Shown: positions 30,343 through 40,196 of the stretch, in pieces
Layout of the letters: the number at the start of each line of letters is the position of its first letter
Numbering within the stretch: position 1 is the stretch's first letter
Assembly: GCA_002010065.2 (NCBI GenBank)
Contig: MTMD02000002.1
Span: 32,001-96,000 of the forward strand
DNA length: 64,000 nucleotides
Direction of reading: 5' to 3'
DNA from: Candidatus Pyrohabitans jungbluthii
Lineage (GTDB): Archaea; Hydrothermarchaeota; Hydrothermarchaeia; Hydrothermarchaeales; BMS3B
The notes under the pieces: model-generated
What the model was told of the DNA's origin: nothing
Database searches by the model: none
Seen by the model: only the letters and a program-made list of their open reading frames with translations
Translations under genes and position numbers: made by a program

Positions 30343-31266
30343 CTACCCCTTCCCTCCAAACTCTTTTTTTAGAATAAGCCTGTTTGTCTTGCGGTAAGGC
30401 TCCTTTTTTATTATCCCCTTCTCCTCCAGGTTTCGCACCAGTTTGCTCACCTTCGCCTTGGAAAAGCCGGTCTGCTTGACAATCTCCTCCTGCAGTATTT
30501 CTCCCTTCTCCGCCAGGAGGTCGTATATTTTCTGCTCATCCTCTCTGAGCACTAGCTTGACGATTTTGCTCTGCTCCTCTCCCCGCCTCTTTTTCTGGTA
30601 AGCGAAATATGCATACGTAAGCGCTGCTCCCAAGGCAAGTCCCAAGAACGCCAAGGCATAGGCTGAGCGCTGCTCCTGCCTAACTGTGGTGTACATCACA
30701 AAAATCCTGAAGCTCTCGCGAGGCGAAAGTTCCCACTTCTTCCACATCACTATTATGTGCTCCCCATCGGTGAGAATCTTCTCCGGCGTTGGATAAACCG
30801 CGGCTATCGCCTCGCCGGTGCCCCGCTGCTCCGACACGAGAACGCTGCCCTTAGGGAGCTTGACCATAAAGGTAAAGTTGACCACCCTCACCTCGGGCAC
30901 GTAGCTCATGGTAAGTATGTTATCCCCGCGGTAGCTGGATACCACCTCAGGCAGGGTAAAGACAAATCGCAGCCTCTGGCTTTCGCCCGTCTGGAGCTTC
31001 TTACGCAGGGGCACCACCAGGGTATTGTCTTCAATGAAAACTTCAAGCTCGCCCTCCTCGTCGTACACCTCTACCTGCGAGGGCATCGCAGCAATCGCGT
31101 ACTCCACCGCTGAGATATTGCCCTTTAGATTTACAACGGTGAAGGAGACCTCCTCTACGGCGTTGCCCTGGTAATCAGGCGCAATCGATATGGTGTAGTC
31201 TCTGAAGTGGTACTCTTGAGCGGCAGCTACGGGTATGAGCAGTAGGAAGAGGATTATGAATCTCAT
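30343..31266 (-). CDS. Membrane-anchored protein with extracellular domain and C-terminal winged HTH
   Basis: Signal peptide, single TM, then DEQKI..GEILQEEI..FSKAKVSKLVRNLEEKGII..GRxN-like YRKTN. Confidence 0.85.
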   Translation of the reverse strand: MRFIILFLLLIPVAAAQEYHFRDYTISIAPDYQGNAVEEVSFTVVNLKGNISAVEYAIAAMPSQVEVYDEEGELEVFIEDNTLVVPLRKKLQTGESQRLRFVFTLPEVVSSYRGDNILTMSYVPEVRVVNFTFMVKLPKGSVLVSEQRGTGEAIAAVYPTPEKILTDGEHIIVMWKKWELSPRESFRIFVMYTTVRQEQRSAYALAFLGLALGAALTYAYFAYQKKRRGEEQSKIVKLVLREDEQKIYDLLAEKGEILQEEIVKQTGFSKAKVSKLVRNLEEKGIIKKEPYRKTNRLILKKEFGGKG

Positions 31267-31376
31267 TGACTAAAAATTGATTCGCTGCTCAAATAAAGGT
31301 TACCCGCAACTGTGTTGCGGGTGACGAACTTTGCCAGGGCAGGTATTAAATACAAAGAGAGCGCATACCTTTGGGC

Positions 31377-32579
31377 ATGGAAATTGGTGTTGTGGGCAAG
31401 CCAAACGTGGGCAAGAGCACCTTCTTCAGTGCTGCCACGCTGAGTAAGGCGGAGATAGCTAACTACCCCTTTACCACCGTTGAAGCAAACAAAGCGGTAG
31501 CCTTCGTGCGTGTTCCCGAGCCCGCGGTGGAGCTTGGAGTTACGCCAAACCCGCGCAACTCTCTCACTATGGGAGGCTATCGCTTCGTGCCCGTGGAGAT
31601 GATAGACGTCGCGGGCTTGGTGCCAAAAGCGCACGAAGGCAGAGGCTTGGGAAATAAGTTTCTGGACGACCTGCGCCAGGCGGGGGCGCTCATCCATGTC
31701 GTCGACGCCTGCGGTGCGACGGACGAGGAAGGAAATCCGCTAAAGCCAGGAGAGCACGACCCTCGCAAGGATGTGCGCTTCCTTGAGGAGGAGATTGAGC
31801 TGTGGTTCTTCGGCATATTCCAGCGAAACTGGGAGAAGCTTTCCCGCAGAGTTCAGCTCGCTGGCGAGAGCTTTGAGCACCTCTTCCAGGAGCTCTTCGC
31901 CGGCTTGGGGATACGCGAGGCACATGTGCAGCTTGCGCTCAGAGAGACAGGCTTAGACCCTAAGAAACCGGCACAGTGGAGCCAGGAGGAACTCTTCTCC
32001 TTCACCCGCACCCTGCGCAGGCTGGCGAAGCCCATAATCGTTGCTGCAAACAAGGCGGACGTTGGTATAGCCGAGGAGAACATAGCCAGACTTAAGGAGG
32101 AGTTCTCTCATACGAAGGTAATCCCCACCAGCGCAATGGCGGAGCTCATGCTGAAGAATCTTGCGGAGGCTGGGGTAATAAGCTATGTGCCCGGGGAGAG
32201 CAGCTTTGAAATTTTAAAGCCCGCTGAGCTCTCGCCCAAGCAGAAGAAGGCTCTGGAGATAATTAAAAAGAATGTGCTCGAGCGCTACGGGAGCACGGGC
32301 GTGCAGCAGGCGATTAACGTCGCTGTGTTGGACGTGCTCAGGAAGATTGTGGTTTTCCCTGTCGAAGATGAGAATCGCTACTGTGACGGCGAGGGGAATA
32401 TTTTACCGGACGCCTACCTTCTCGACGAGGGCGCCACTCCTCGCGACTTAGCGTATAAAATCCACACGGAAATAGGGGAGAATTTTATCGCCGCCATAGA
32501 TGCGCGCACCAAACGAAGAATCGCCAGCGACACACCGCTAAAACACATGGATATAATTAAGATAGTGACAAGAAAATAG
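31377..32579 (+). CDS. ychF: Redox-regulated ATPase YchF (archaeal type)
   Basis: GKPNVGKST, NYPFTT, DVAGLVPKAHEGRGLGNKFLDD, NKAD, TGS domain. Confidence 0.96.
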   Translation: MEIGVVGKPNVGKSTFFSAATLSKAEIANYPFTTVEANKAVAFVRVPEPAVELGVTPNPRNSLTMGGYRFVPVEMIDVAGLVPKAHEGRGLGNKFLDDLRQAGALIHVVDACGATDEEGNPLKPGEHDPRKDVRFLEEEIELWFFGIFQRNWEKLSRRVQLAGESFEHLFQELFAGLGIREAHVQLALRETGLDPKKPAQWSQEELFSFTRTLRRLAKPIIVAANKADVGIAEENIARLKEEFSHTKVIPTSAMAELMLKNLAEAGVISYVPGESSFEILKPAELSPKQKKALEIIKKNVLERYGSTGVQQAINVAVLDVLRKIVVFPVEDENRYCDGEGNILPDAYLLDEGATPRDLAYKIHTEIGENFIAAIDARTKRRIASDTPLKHMDIIKIVTRK

Positions 32580-32583
32580 GAAC

Positions 32584-32608
32584 ATAAGGGCGCCGCACCC
32601 GCCCTTAT
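32584..32608. promoter_or_regulatory. Spaced palindrome ATAAGGG-N11-CCCTTAT, copy 2 (9-bp stem ATAAGGGCG/CGCCCTTAT)
   Basis: Read directly between ychF and yjbQ. Confidence 0.5.
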
Positions 32609-32654
32609 CAACCCGTCTTCACCAAAATAAAGGCGCTATCCCTAAGGTGAAAAA

Positions 32655-33074
32655 ATGCGCGTGGAGAGCTATACCATAGAGGTGGAGCTTGAGGCGGAGA
32701 AGGGCTTCGCAGACATCACCGCTCAGGTGCAGGAGATTGTTACAAAAAGCGGGATGAAGCGCGGCATCGCCGTGGTGTTCAACGTGGGCTCCACCGGCGC
32801 AGTAACAACGATGGAGTACGAACCCGGACTAAAGAAGGACATCCCCCGCGCCTTAGAGCGCATAGCACCGCGAAGCGAGAGCTACGAGCACCACCTCACC
32901 TGGGGTGACGACAATGGCAGTGCCCATGTTAAGGCGGCGCTTCTGGGCCCCAGCCTAGCAGTGCCCTTCACCGACGGCAGGCTCACCCTAGGCACGTGGC
33001 AGCAGATCGTCGTAATTAACTTTGACACCCGCGCAAGACGTCGCCGTGTTGTGGTACAGCTCTTAGGGGAGTAG
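32655..33074 (+). CDS. yjbQ: YjbQ/UPF0047 protein
   Basis: GSTGAVTTMEYE, YEHH..DDNGSAHVKA, LGTWQQI. Confidence 0.93.
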   Translation: MRVESYTIEVELEAEKGFADITAQVQEIVTKSGMKRGIAVVFNVGSTGAVTTMEYEPGLKKDIPRALERIAPRSESYEHHLTWGDDNGSAHVKAALLGPSLAVPFTDGRLTLGTWQQIVVINFDTRARRRRVVVQLLGE

Positions 33075-33473
33075 CTACTGGTTGAGGTACCGCCTTACCT
33101 TCGAGAGAAGCTCGCCAAGGTCGTGCTTCGGCGTAACCGGGTCGAGGATAACGCTGTCCTCGCTCTCCAGCTCCAGCTTCTCCATACTCTCCGGCGAGAG
33201 CAGCGCGTAGCCCTGGCGCGCTAAGGCGTAGCCGTAGTGTACCCGCTTGTCCACCTCCACCACGAAGTGGCGCTGCCTCAAGAAATAGGGCTTAACCTCG
33301 CCTAAGCGATAAATAATAACCTCGTCCATAGCTGAGATCTCGCTACCCCTGAGATGCTCCCGCGCAAAGCCTATCTCATTCTCCCCAACATCGCCCTCAC
33401 GCACACGTACAAGGTACTTGTTGCCCAGCACTCTCTCAAGCATCTCAATAAGCGCAGAGAAGATTAACGTCAC
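33075..33473 (-). CDS. Hypothetical protein
   Basis: 132-aa ORF with host-like codon usage and GGTG-type RBS; no confident family. Confidence 0.65.
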   Translation of the reverse strand: MTLIFSALIEMLERVLGNKYLVRVREGDVGENEIGFAREHLRGSEISAMDEVIIYRLGEVKPYFLRQRHFVVEVDKRVHYGYALARQGYALLSPESMEKLELESEDSVILDPVTPKHDLGELLSKVRRYLNQ

Positions 33474-33610
33474 CTAAATACATCCGCACCTAAATAATGC
33501 AACCCGCTATTGCTCCTTAAGCCACTGTTTCAAAACTCTGCGTTAGATTTGTCCCGTCCCACCAACACACTCCTACATGTAATACAGTGAGGTTTATTCT
33601 TCTTCAGTTA

Positions 33611-34416
33611 TCAAAATAGTCCTGCAATTTTAACTCCAATATCCAAAAAGAATTTTTTAACTTTTGAAGCGAATGTTAGCCCTTCATATCTAATTCCACT
33701 GCCCCACGCTTGTTTAAATGCCGCAAATGGATCCTCTGCATTTATTATTTCTACTATTGCTTTTTCATCAATATAAAGGGCCATTGTCGGTTTTATTCCT
33801 TGCTTTTGCCAGATGTCGTGTATCCCATTGCTGTCTTGGTCTAACCAGGTGTTTCCTTCTACTATTACCCCATTTTCTGTGATTGAAGCATATTCTGATT
33901 TGGTTCCATCCAGATGTGTAATATAAATATGCAGCTTCTCATTCCCCAAAAGGCCCTTGACAAAACCCGGCAAGTAATTGACATTCTGGTTGTAGTTGCT
34001 GATGCTTTCAGATAATTTTTCCTTTTCAAGCTCTTCCTTTTCCATCTGTTCCAATATTTCTTCCATACTTGGTGGAAGAGGTTTATCTTTTTTCCAGTAC
34101 TCACATGCCAGAATTTCATCATATTCTACGGTGATATCTCCAGTTTCCTCATCGACTGTTGACTCCGTTTGCGATGCAATGTATACATAACCACCTGGCG
34201 AACTCGATGGAACCCATCTTCCTTCGTCATAGGCGACGGCATGATTAATAGTTATTTGCACCCAATCAAAATATAGCCTGGCTCAGGTGGCGGGCAATCT
34301 TTTGTGCATGTAAAATATTTACCTGAAAATGACGAAGTTCCAGGGGTTATTTGAGCTTGAGCTACACTAATTAAGCTCATTACAATTAATGGGATTATTA
34401 ATATAATTTTTTTCAC
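33611..34416 (-). pseudogene. Secreted protein apparently split by a 1-nt frameshift near 34258
   Basis: 34252..34416 encodes a signal-peptide-bearing 54-aa ORF overlapping the 216-aa ORF 33611..34261 in another frame; AT-rich. Confidence 0.55.
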
Positions 34417-34567
34417 TTTTCTCTCCTTACATACTCAAATTAGTTAAATACTTGTATTTCAAACTATAAAAGCTTTACGCTCTCCAATTTTTCAAAGAGT
34501 AAACTGAAATTTTTCGCCACAGCTTTATAGACTTGCCAATTCAGTGCTTACAAGGTTATTTCGAGAA

Positions 34568-35491
34568 TTAAATGGTTATCTCTATGTCCAGCTTCTCCGC
34601 CAGCTCCTTGTAGCGGTTGCGTATGGTTACCTCTGTTACGCCAGCCACTTCTGCAACCTCGCGCTGCGTCCTGCGCTCGCCAAGCAGCACACTCGCTATG
34701 TAAAGCGCAGCAGCACTTACGCCAGTGGGTCCACGCCCTGAAGTGAGCTCCTTGTCCATCGCCTTCTTGAGAATTTCCCTCGCCTTGCTCCTCACCTCAC
34801 CGCTCAACCCCAGAGCGGTGCCAAAGCGCTCGATGTAGTCCACGGGCGTGGTGGGGCGCAGACTCAGCCCCAGTTCGCGGGCAACGAAGCGGTAGGTTCT
34901 GCCTATCTCCTTGCGGTTCAGCTTGGCGGCGTCGGCAATCTCGTCAAGGGTGCGGGGAACGCCACACTGCCGGCAAGCGGCATAGATAGCGGCGGCGGTT
35001 ACACCCTCGATGCTCCGCCCGCGGATTAAGCCCTTCTCCACCGCACGGCGGTAGAGCACCGCAGCAGCCTCGCGCACATTCTTGGGCAAACCCAGGCGAG
35101 AGGATATCCGCTCCAGCTCAGTGAGCGCTATAGCAAGGTTGCGCTCCATGGCATTGCCAACGCGGATGCGCTGCTGCCATTTGCGCAGGCGGTACAGCTG
35201 GGCACGCTTGCTTGCGGAAAGCTCTTTACCATAGCTGTCCTTGTTGCGCCAGTCTATAATCGTAGAAAGCCCCTTGTCGTGGATCGTGTACGTAAGCGGA
35301 GCTCCGGTGCGGGTTCGCCTCACCGCCTGTTCATGGTCGAAGGCACGCCACTCCGGACCCTCGTCCAGCAGGTCTTGGTCTATTACGAGACCGCAGCCAT
35401 TGCACACAATCTCAGCGCGCTCATAATCGCGCATTAAACTCGTGCTCCCGCATTCGGGGCACTCATCTACGTACTCTACCTTTCTTTCCAA
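34568..35491 (-). CDS. tfb: Transcription initiation factor IIB
   Basis: CPECG..CNGCG zinc ribbon, [35 protein letters not shown]; TTG 35491 after GGAGG. Confidence 0.98.
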   Translation of the reverse strand: MERKVEYVDECPECGSTSLMRDYERAEIVCNGCGLVIDQDLLDEGPEWRAFDHEQAVRRTRTGAPLTYTIHDKGLSTIIDWRNKDSYGKELSASKRAQLYRLRKWQQRIRVGNAMERNLAIALTELERISSRLGLPKNVREAAAVLYRRAVEKGLIRGRSIEGVTAAAIYAACRQCGVPRTLDEIADAAKLNRKEIGRTYRFVARELGLSLRPTTPVDYIERFGTALGLSGEVRSKAREILKKAMDKELTSGRGPTGVSAAALYIASVLLGERRTQREVAEVAGVTEVTIRNRYKELAEKLDIEITI

Positions 35492-35750
35492 GGGACCTCC
35501 TCCTCTCCTCTTTCTTGGATAACACAAATAACCCCCCGCTCTTTGCAGCGCTAAGCGCCCTCTCGAAAGCTCCCTCCTCCGGTTTAATCACGAAGTACGG
35601 ATTGGAGACAGGACCGATTATATCAACAACTTTTCCAACTTTTACACCATTTTTTGTGAAAACGTCCGCGTATAGCGGAGGAAAATCCCTTCCACGAAAA
35701 AGAAGTGTCCCACTCTTGCTTACATGGCTGAAAGTCCCCAGCATCCTCAA
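35463..35750 (-). CDS. gar1: H/ACA RNP Gar1/Naf1-family protein
   Basis: [15 protein letters not shown] motif; conserved gar1-tfb order. Confidence 0.9.
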   Translation of the reverse strand: MRMLGTFSHVSKSGTLLFRGRDFPPLYADVFTKNGVKVGKVVDIIGPVSNPYFVIKPEEGAFERALSAAKSGGLFVLSKKEERRRSLGKKGRVRR

Positions 35751-35780
35751 AGAGCTCTCCTCCGGGCATAAAACTTAAAA

Positions 35781-36437
35781 CTATAGATGGCCTAATATTC
35801 TCTTGGGGTTAACACTGGTAATAATTTCTGAATACTTTTTGCTCATCCCTGAGCCAAGAGCGACGCTGATGAACTCTTCTGGGCTGAGTATATCCCCTGG
35901 TGAATGAGCGTCGGTGCACACCACAAGCTCCGCCTTTGCTTCCTTCGCAACGCTCGCCACGTGGCCGTTGGTCAGGCAGTGCCCCCTGCGAGAGGTCAGC
36001 TCTAAGTAAACTCCGTGCTCCCTCGCCTTCTCCGCCTCTTCCAGGGTTATGAATCCGGGATGGGCGAGGATGTCAACGTGAGTGCACTCTACGGCGGCGG
36101 CGTTTGTTCCCCTTGCGACTGGCTCAACCATGGTTTCGCCATGCACAACCACAATGCCTGCGCCAAGCTTCTTAGCCTTAGCCGCCAGCTCGGGAATCTT
36201 CGCCGGCGGGAGATGGGTAAGCTCTATCCCGGGTATAACCTCTATCCCGTGAGCCTCAAGCTCTTTTCCTATGCCCTGCAAACGGCGAAGGATGAACTCC
36301 ATATTTGAGCTGTCGGCGTGGTCAGTGATAGCTACCGCCTTAAACCCCTTCTCCGCATACCGCCGCGCTATCTCGGCGGGTATCAACTCGCCGTCGCTGA
36401 AAATTGAATGCACGTGCAGATCATAAGCCATGCTCAT
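35781..36437 (-). CDS. PHP-domain phosphatase (histidinol-phosphatase-like)
   Basis: DLHVHSIFSDG, ITDH, ELTH, ILAHPG, TDAH. Confidence 0.92.
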   Translation of the reverse strand: MSMAYDLHVHSIFSDGELIPAEIARRYAEKGFKAVAITDHADSSNMEFILRRLQGIGKELEAHGIEVIPGIELTHLPPAKIPELAAKAKKLGAGIVVVHGETMVEPVARGTNAAAVECTHVDILAHPGFITLEEAEKAREHGVYLELTSRRGHCLTNGHVASVAKEAKAELVVCTDAHSPGDILSPEEFISVALGSGMSKKYSEIITSVNPKRILGHL

Positions 36438-36573
36438 TAAATTCCCCTTTTGATATAATTTATTTTCTGTGATCCCCGCATTTGCTCGCTCCTCGCCTGT
36501 GCATGCTGAGCAAATACATAGAGGAATTATGTAATACTAGGATAGAATAGTAGGTGTTAATAAAATAAAAGAA

Positions 36574-36585
36574 TGAGGCGCCTCA
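36574..36585 (-). terminator. Possible terminator of the zinc-ribbon gene
   Basis: Self-complementary TGAGGCGCCTCA followed on the minus strand by T-rich TTCTTTTATTTTATT. Confidence 0.4.
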
Positions 36586-36610
36586 CGGCGCACTGATAAA
36601 CACAAGTTTT

Positions 36611-36775
36611 CTAGAACCTGTAGCTTCTGCTCCTTCTCTCCGCTTTCTTTTTGTCGCGACAGGCTTTGCATCGCTTGGGGTCGGCGAACCCCTTCTCAGC
36701 AAAGAATTCCTGCTCACCTACGGTGAAGACGAACTCTTCTCCGCAGTCGACACAAACCAGGGTTTTATCTTCCAT
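36611..36775 (-). CDS. Zinc-ribbon protein (zf-trcl type)
   Basis: Manual translation MEDKTLVCVDCGEEFVFTVGEQEFFAEKGFADPKRCKACRDKKK...; GGAGAG upstream. Confidence 0.9.
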   Translation of the reverse strand: MEDKTLVCVDCGEEFVFTVGEQEFFAEKGFADPKRCKACRDKKKAERRSRSYRF

Positions 36776-36793
36776 TTTTACATCTCTCCTTTC

Positions 36794-36982
36794 TTACTTT
36801 TTTCTGTACCCTTTGTTCGGGGGCGGCACAGTCTCCCCTCTGAAGATTTTGCCGCAGTCGCAGCTCACCACCTGATAGAAGGTAGCCTTGCCATGTTTGT
36901 AAACCCGGGTTGTTCCCACAACCGAGTTGAGCGAACAAAGAGTACCGCAAGAGGGACACCTTATCTCCGACGACAAATGCAC
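36794..36982 (-). CDS. Small Cys-rich (zinc-finger-like) protein
   Basis: GTG 36982 after GGAG; CPSCG...SCDCG; 3' part of track ORF 36794..37195. Confidence 0.65.
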   Translation of the reverse strand: MHLSSEIRCPSCGTLCSLNSVVGTTRVYKHGKATFYQVVSCDCGKIFRGETVPPPNKGYRKK

Positions 36983-37068
36983 ATCTCCTTGAAGAAGCTC
37001 CCCCTTTCGAAGGAAACCTCTTTTCCTCCTGGGGCTAATATTCACGAAAATAAAAGTTGCTGGAAAAT

Positions 37069-38127
37069 TTACTCTTTCCTCAACTTCCTGGGTACATAGC
37101 TGCAGTATGGCTCCTCTGCAAGGTAGTCGCCTGTCACAGCATACGCACGAGCGCGGCAACCCCCGCAAACTGCGAGGTACTCGCACACTCCGCACTTACC
37201 CTTATAGCGCTTGAAGTCTCTGAGCTCTTTAAAAAGCTCACTGTTCTCCCAGATATCCTTAAAGCTCTTCTCGTATATGTTTCCAGCGCTCTTGGGGAAG
37301 TATGAGCAGGGGTAGACTTCGCCCTTGTGATTTATGAGCGCTATTAGCTGCCCGGCTATGCAGCCCTTTCCTCCGCCCGTGGAGAAGCTCAGGGAGCGCC
37401 GCTTTATGGGCTTGCCCTCCTGCTTCGCGCGCTGGGCGAATATGCGGTAGTACATGGGTGCGCAGGTTGGGCGCACGTACATCTCAGTCTCGCGCTGCTC
37501 CATGTCGTAGTGCCAGTTGAGTATCTTTTCATAGTCCTCCTTGCTTATCAGCTCCTCCATTATCTCCTTTCCTCTGCCTGTGGGCACAATCATGAACATA
37601 TACCACGCGGTGGCGCCGAGCTTCTTGGCAAGCTCGTAAACCTTAGGAATCTCGTCTTGGTTCCTCTTTGTGAAGGAGGAATTGACTATGAAGGGGATGC
37701 CGTGCTTTTTGAAGAGCTTGGCCGCGCGTATCGCGCCCTCAAAAGCTCCGCGCTGGTTGCGGAAGTTGTCATGCACCTCTGCGGTTGAGCCGTCTATGCT
37801 GATGGAGACTATCCTTATCCCGGCATCCTTGATCTTCTCACACACCTCGTCGGTAACGAGAGTTCCATTTGTCGCCATAGCCATTCGCAAGCCGCGCTCA
37901 GTACCGTAACGGGCTATCTCAAAAATATCCTTGCGCAGCAGTGGTTCGCCCCCGCTGAGCACCAGCACAGGCTTGGCATAGCTGGCGATGTCATCTATCA
38001 CCGCCTTAGCCTGCTCTGTGCTCGGGCCCTTCTCAGCCTTTATCGCTGCCTCAGCGCGACAATGCACACAGCGCAGGTTGCACCTCTGCGTAATCTCCCA
38101 GGCTATCCAGCGAGGTTCGAACTTCAT
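37069..38127 (-). CDS. ahbD: Radical SAM/SPASM enzyme, AhbD-like (coproheme decarboxylase / heme b synthase)
   Basis: [62 protein letters not shown]. Confidence 0.8.
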   Translation of the reverse strand: MKFEPRWIAWEITQRCNLRCVHCRAEAAIKAEKGPSTEQAKAVIDDIASYAKPVLVLSGGEPLLRKDIFEIARYGTERGLRMAMATNGTLVTDEVCEKIKDAGIRIVSISIDGSTAEVHDNFRNQRGAFEGAIRAAKLFKKHGIPFIVNSSFTKRNQDEIPKVYELAKKLGATAWYMFMIVPTGRGKEIMEELISKEDYEKILNWHYDMEQRETEMYVRPTCAPMYYRIFAQRAKQEGKPIKRRSLSFSTGGGKGCIAGQLIALINHKGEVYPCSYFPKSAGNIYEKSFKDIWENSELFKELRDFKRYKGKCGVCEYLAVCGGCRARAYAVTGDYLAEEPYCSYVPRKLRKE

Positions 38128-38235
38128 TGTAATAATCGCAGGAGCTATCAATAAAAATCAAAGCTGAACCAGGGAAGGAGGATACCCAACCCCCAACAGG
38201 TATATACGTAAGAAATGATACGATTTTGAGGAAAA

Positions 38236-38922
38236 ATGAGAATCCACGGAAAGCTTAAACAGGGCACCTTTATCCAGCGCTTGAACAGGTTTTCAGCGCT
38301 TGTGGAGGTGGATGGAAGCATTGCAAAAGCACACCTCCCAAACCCGGGCAGGCTTCAGGAGCTTCTCATCCCTAGCACGCCTGTGCTGCTGCGTGAGAGC
38401 AACGCTGCCCACAGAAAGACCGCCTATGACCTCATAGGGGTTAAAGCTGGCGAGGTGTGGGTGAGCATCGATTCTCGCCTGCCGAACGCGCTTTTCAGAG
38501 AGGCGATGGAGCAGGGCACATTGGAAGAATTTGCAGGCTACCGCATAGCCAAGGAAGAGGTGAGCTTCGACACGAGTAGAATAGATTTCCTGCTTGAAAA
38601 CTCTTCACCCTGCCTTGTGGAAGTCAAGTCCTGCACCCTTGTTGAGGAGGGTGTTGCCAAGTTTCCTGACGCGCCAACCGATAGAGGGAGGAGACACCTC
38701 CACCACTTAATGAAAGCAAAAGAGGCTGGCTACCGCTGCGCCGTCGTCTTTGTTATCCAACGCAGCGATGCCTTTGCTTTTGCGCCCAACGACGCCACAG
38801 ACGAAGCCTTTGGCGAAGCTTTGAGAGAGGCGCATCGCAGAGGCGTTGAGGTCTACGCCTATCGCTGTGACTTCGACGGGAGGGAGATTAGGATAAAAAG
38901 CAAGGTTGAGGTGCTGATTTAG
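38236..38922 (+). CDS. sfsA: DNA/RNA nuclease SfsA
   Basis: RLNRF, HLPNPGRL, SRIDFLL, VEVKSCTL, FPDAPTDRGRRHL. Confidence 0.96.
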   Translation: MRIHGKLKQGTFIQRLNRFSALVEVDGSIAKAHLPNPGRLQELLIPSTPVLLRESNAAHRKTAYDLIGVKAGEVWVSIDSRLPNALFREAMEQGTLEEFAGYRIAKEEVSFDTSRIDFLLENSSPCLVEVKSCTLVEEGVAKFPDAPTDRGRRHLHHLMKAKEAGYRCAVVFVIQRSDAFAFAPNDATDEAFGEALREAHRRGVEVYAYRCDFDGREIRIKSKVEVLI

Positions 38923-39089
38923 AGAATTGAAAAATCTTTTCTGCTTTTTCTAAGCAAAGTTAACCATAAATACAATCATGATAAAATATAGATTGATGAA
39001 CAATATTTTGTCTGACAGATATTTACAATATAGTCATAAGATGAGAATAAACACTATTAATTTAAATAAATCTCTATGATTTGGTGAAA

Positions 39090-40196
39090 ATGGCAGGAAA
39101 ATGCGCAATATGCGGAGCCGAGGGCAAAGAAATCTCAGCAGAGCTTCAGGTGTGCCTCCGCTGCATAAGGCAGAAGCCCGAGGAAGCTCTCGCGCTGGCG
39201 CAGGAGGCTCACGCAACCTCGCGAAGGCGCTTTGGCTTTCCCGCCAAGGTGCCGAGAGGTGGCAAGGTTAAGTGCACCCTGTGCGTCAACCAGTGCGAGC
39301 TCCATGAGGGCGAGCGCTCGCTCTGCGGGCTGCGCGTTAATCGCGGAGGTAAGCTGGTGCACCTCTCTGGCACCGCTCGCGAAGCGGTGGTGAGCGCCTA
39401 CCACGACGCCCTGCCGACGAACTGTGTCGCCGCCTGGGTATGCGCTGGCTGCACCGGCGCAGGCTATCCGCGCTACTCGCACGCGGAGCATGGGGTAGAG
39501 CTCGGGTACAAGAATCTGGCGGTCTTCTACGGCGCGTGCACCTTCGACTGTCTCTTCTGTCAGAACTGGGAGTACCGCGAAAATGCTCGGACGCTGAGTC
39601 CGAGGATGACGCCGGAGCAGCTTGCCTCGCTTGCAGACTCCAAGACGAGCTGCATCTGCTACTTTGGCGGCGATCCCTCACCGCAGATAGCACACTCAAT
39701 AAAGACAAGCGAGCTTGCGCTTAGCCATGGCGAAGGTGAAATTTTGAGGATATGCTACGAGACCAATGGGAGTATGCATCCTGGCGCACTCAGGAAGGCT
39801 GCGAAGCTCAGCCTTGAATCGGGAGGGTGCATAAAGTTCGACCTCAAGGCATGGGATGATAACCTTCACCTTGTGCTCACTGGGGCGAGCAACCGCTATA
39901 CCATTGAGAACTTCGCCTACCTGGCTAGCCTTGTGGAGGAGCGCCCTTCGCCACCCTTTCTGATAGCGAGCACCCTGCTGGTGCCGGGCTACATCGACGA
40001 GGCTGAGGTCGAGGCGATAGCGCGCTTTATCGCAGAGCTAAACCCGGAGATACCCTACTCCCTGCTCGCATTCTACCCCACCTATATGATGCGCGACCTT
40101 CCAACGACGAGCTGGAAGCAGGCGAGGGCATGCTTAGAAGCGGCGCGGCGTTACCTTCGCAACGTTAAGCTTGGCAATGTGCACCTGCTGCGCTAA
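39090..40196 (+). CDS. Radical SAM protein (PFL-activase / AmmeMemoRadiSam-like)
   Basis: GACTFDCLFCQNW, CYFGGDP, ETNG, KFDLKA, N-terminal Cys pairs. Confidence 0.9.
   Translation: MAGKCAICGAEGKEISAELQVCLRCIRQKPEEALALAQEAHATSRRRFGFPAKVPRGGKVKCTLCVNQCELHEGERSLCGLRVNRGGKLVHLSGTAREAVVSAYHDALPTNCVAAWVCAGCTGAGYPRYSHAEHGVELGYKNLAVFYGACTFDCLFCQNWEYRENARTLSPRMTPEQLASLADSKTSCICYFGGDPSPQIAHSIKTSELALSHGEGEILRICYETNGSMHPGALRKAAKLSLESGGCIKFDLKAWDDNLHLVLTGASNRYTIENFAYLASLVEERPSPPFLIASTLLVPGYIDEAEVEAIARFIAELNPEIPYSLLAFYPTYMMRDLPTTSWKQARACLEAARRYLRNVKLGNVHLLR

Noticed and set aside
38990-39020. TGATGA-12 nt-CTGA resembling a C/D box sRNA half
   Set aside because: No second C/D pair at proper spacing and the guide is very AT-rich; likely chance
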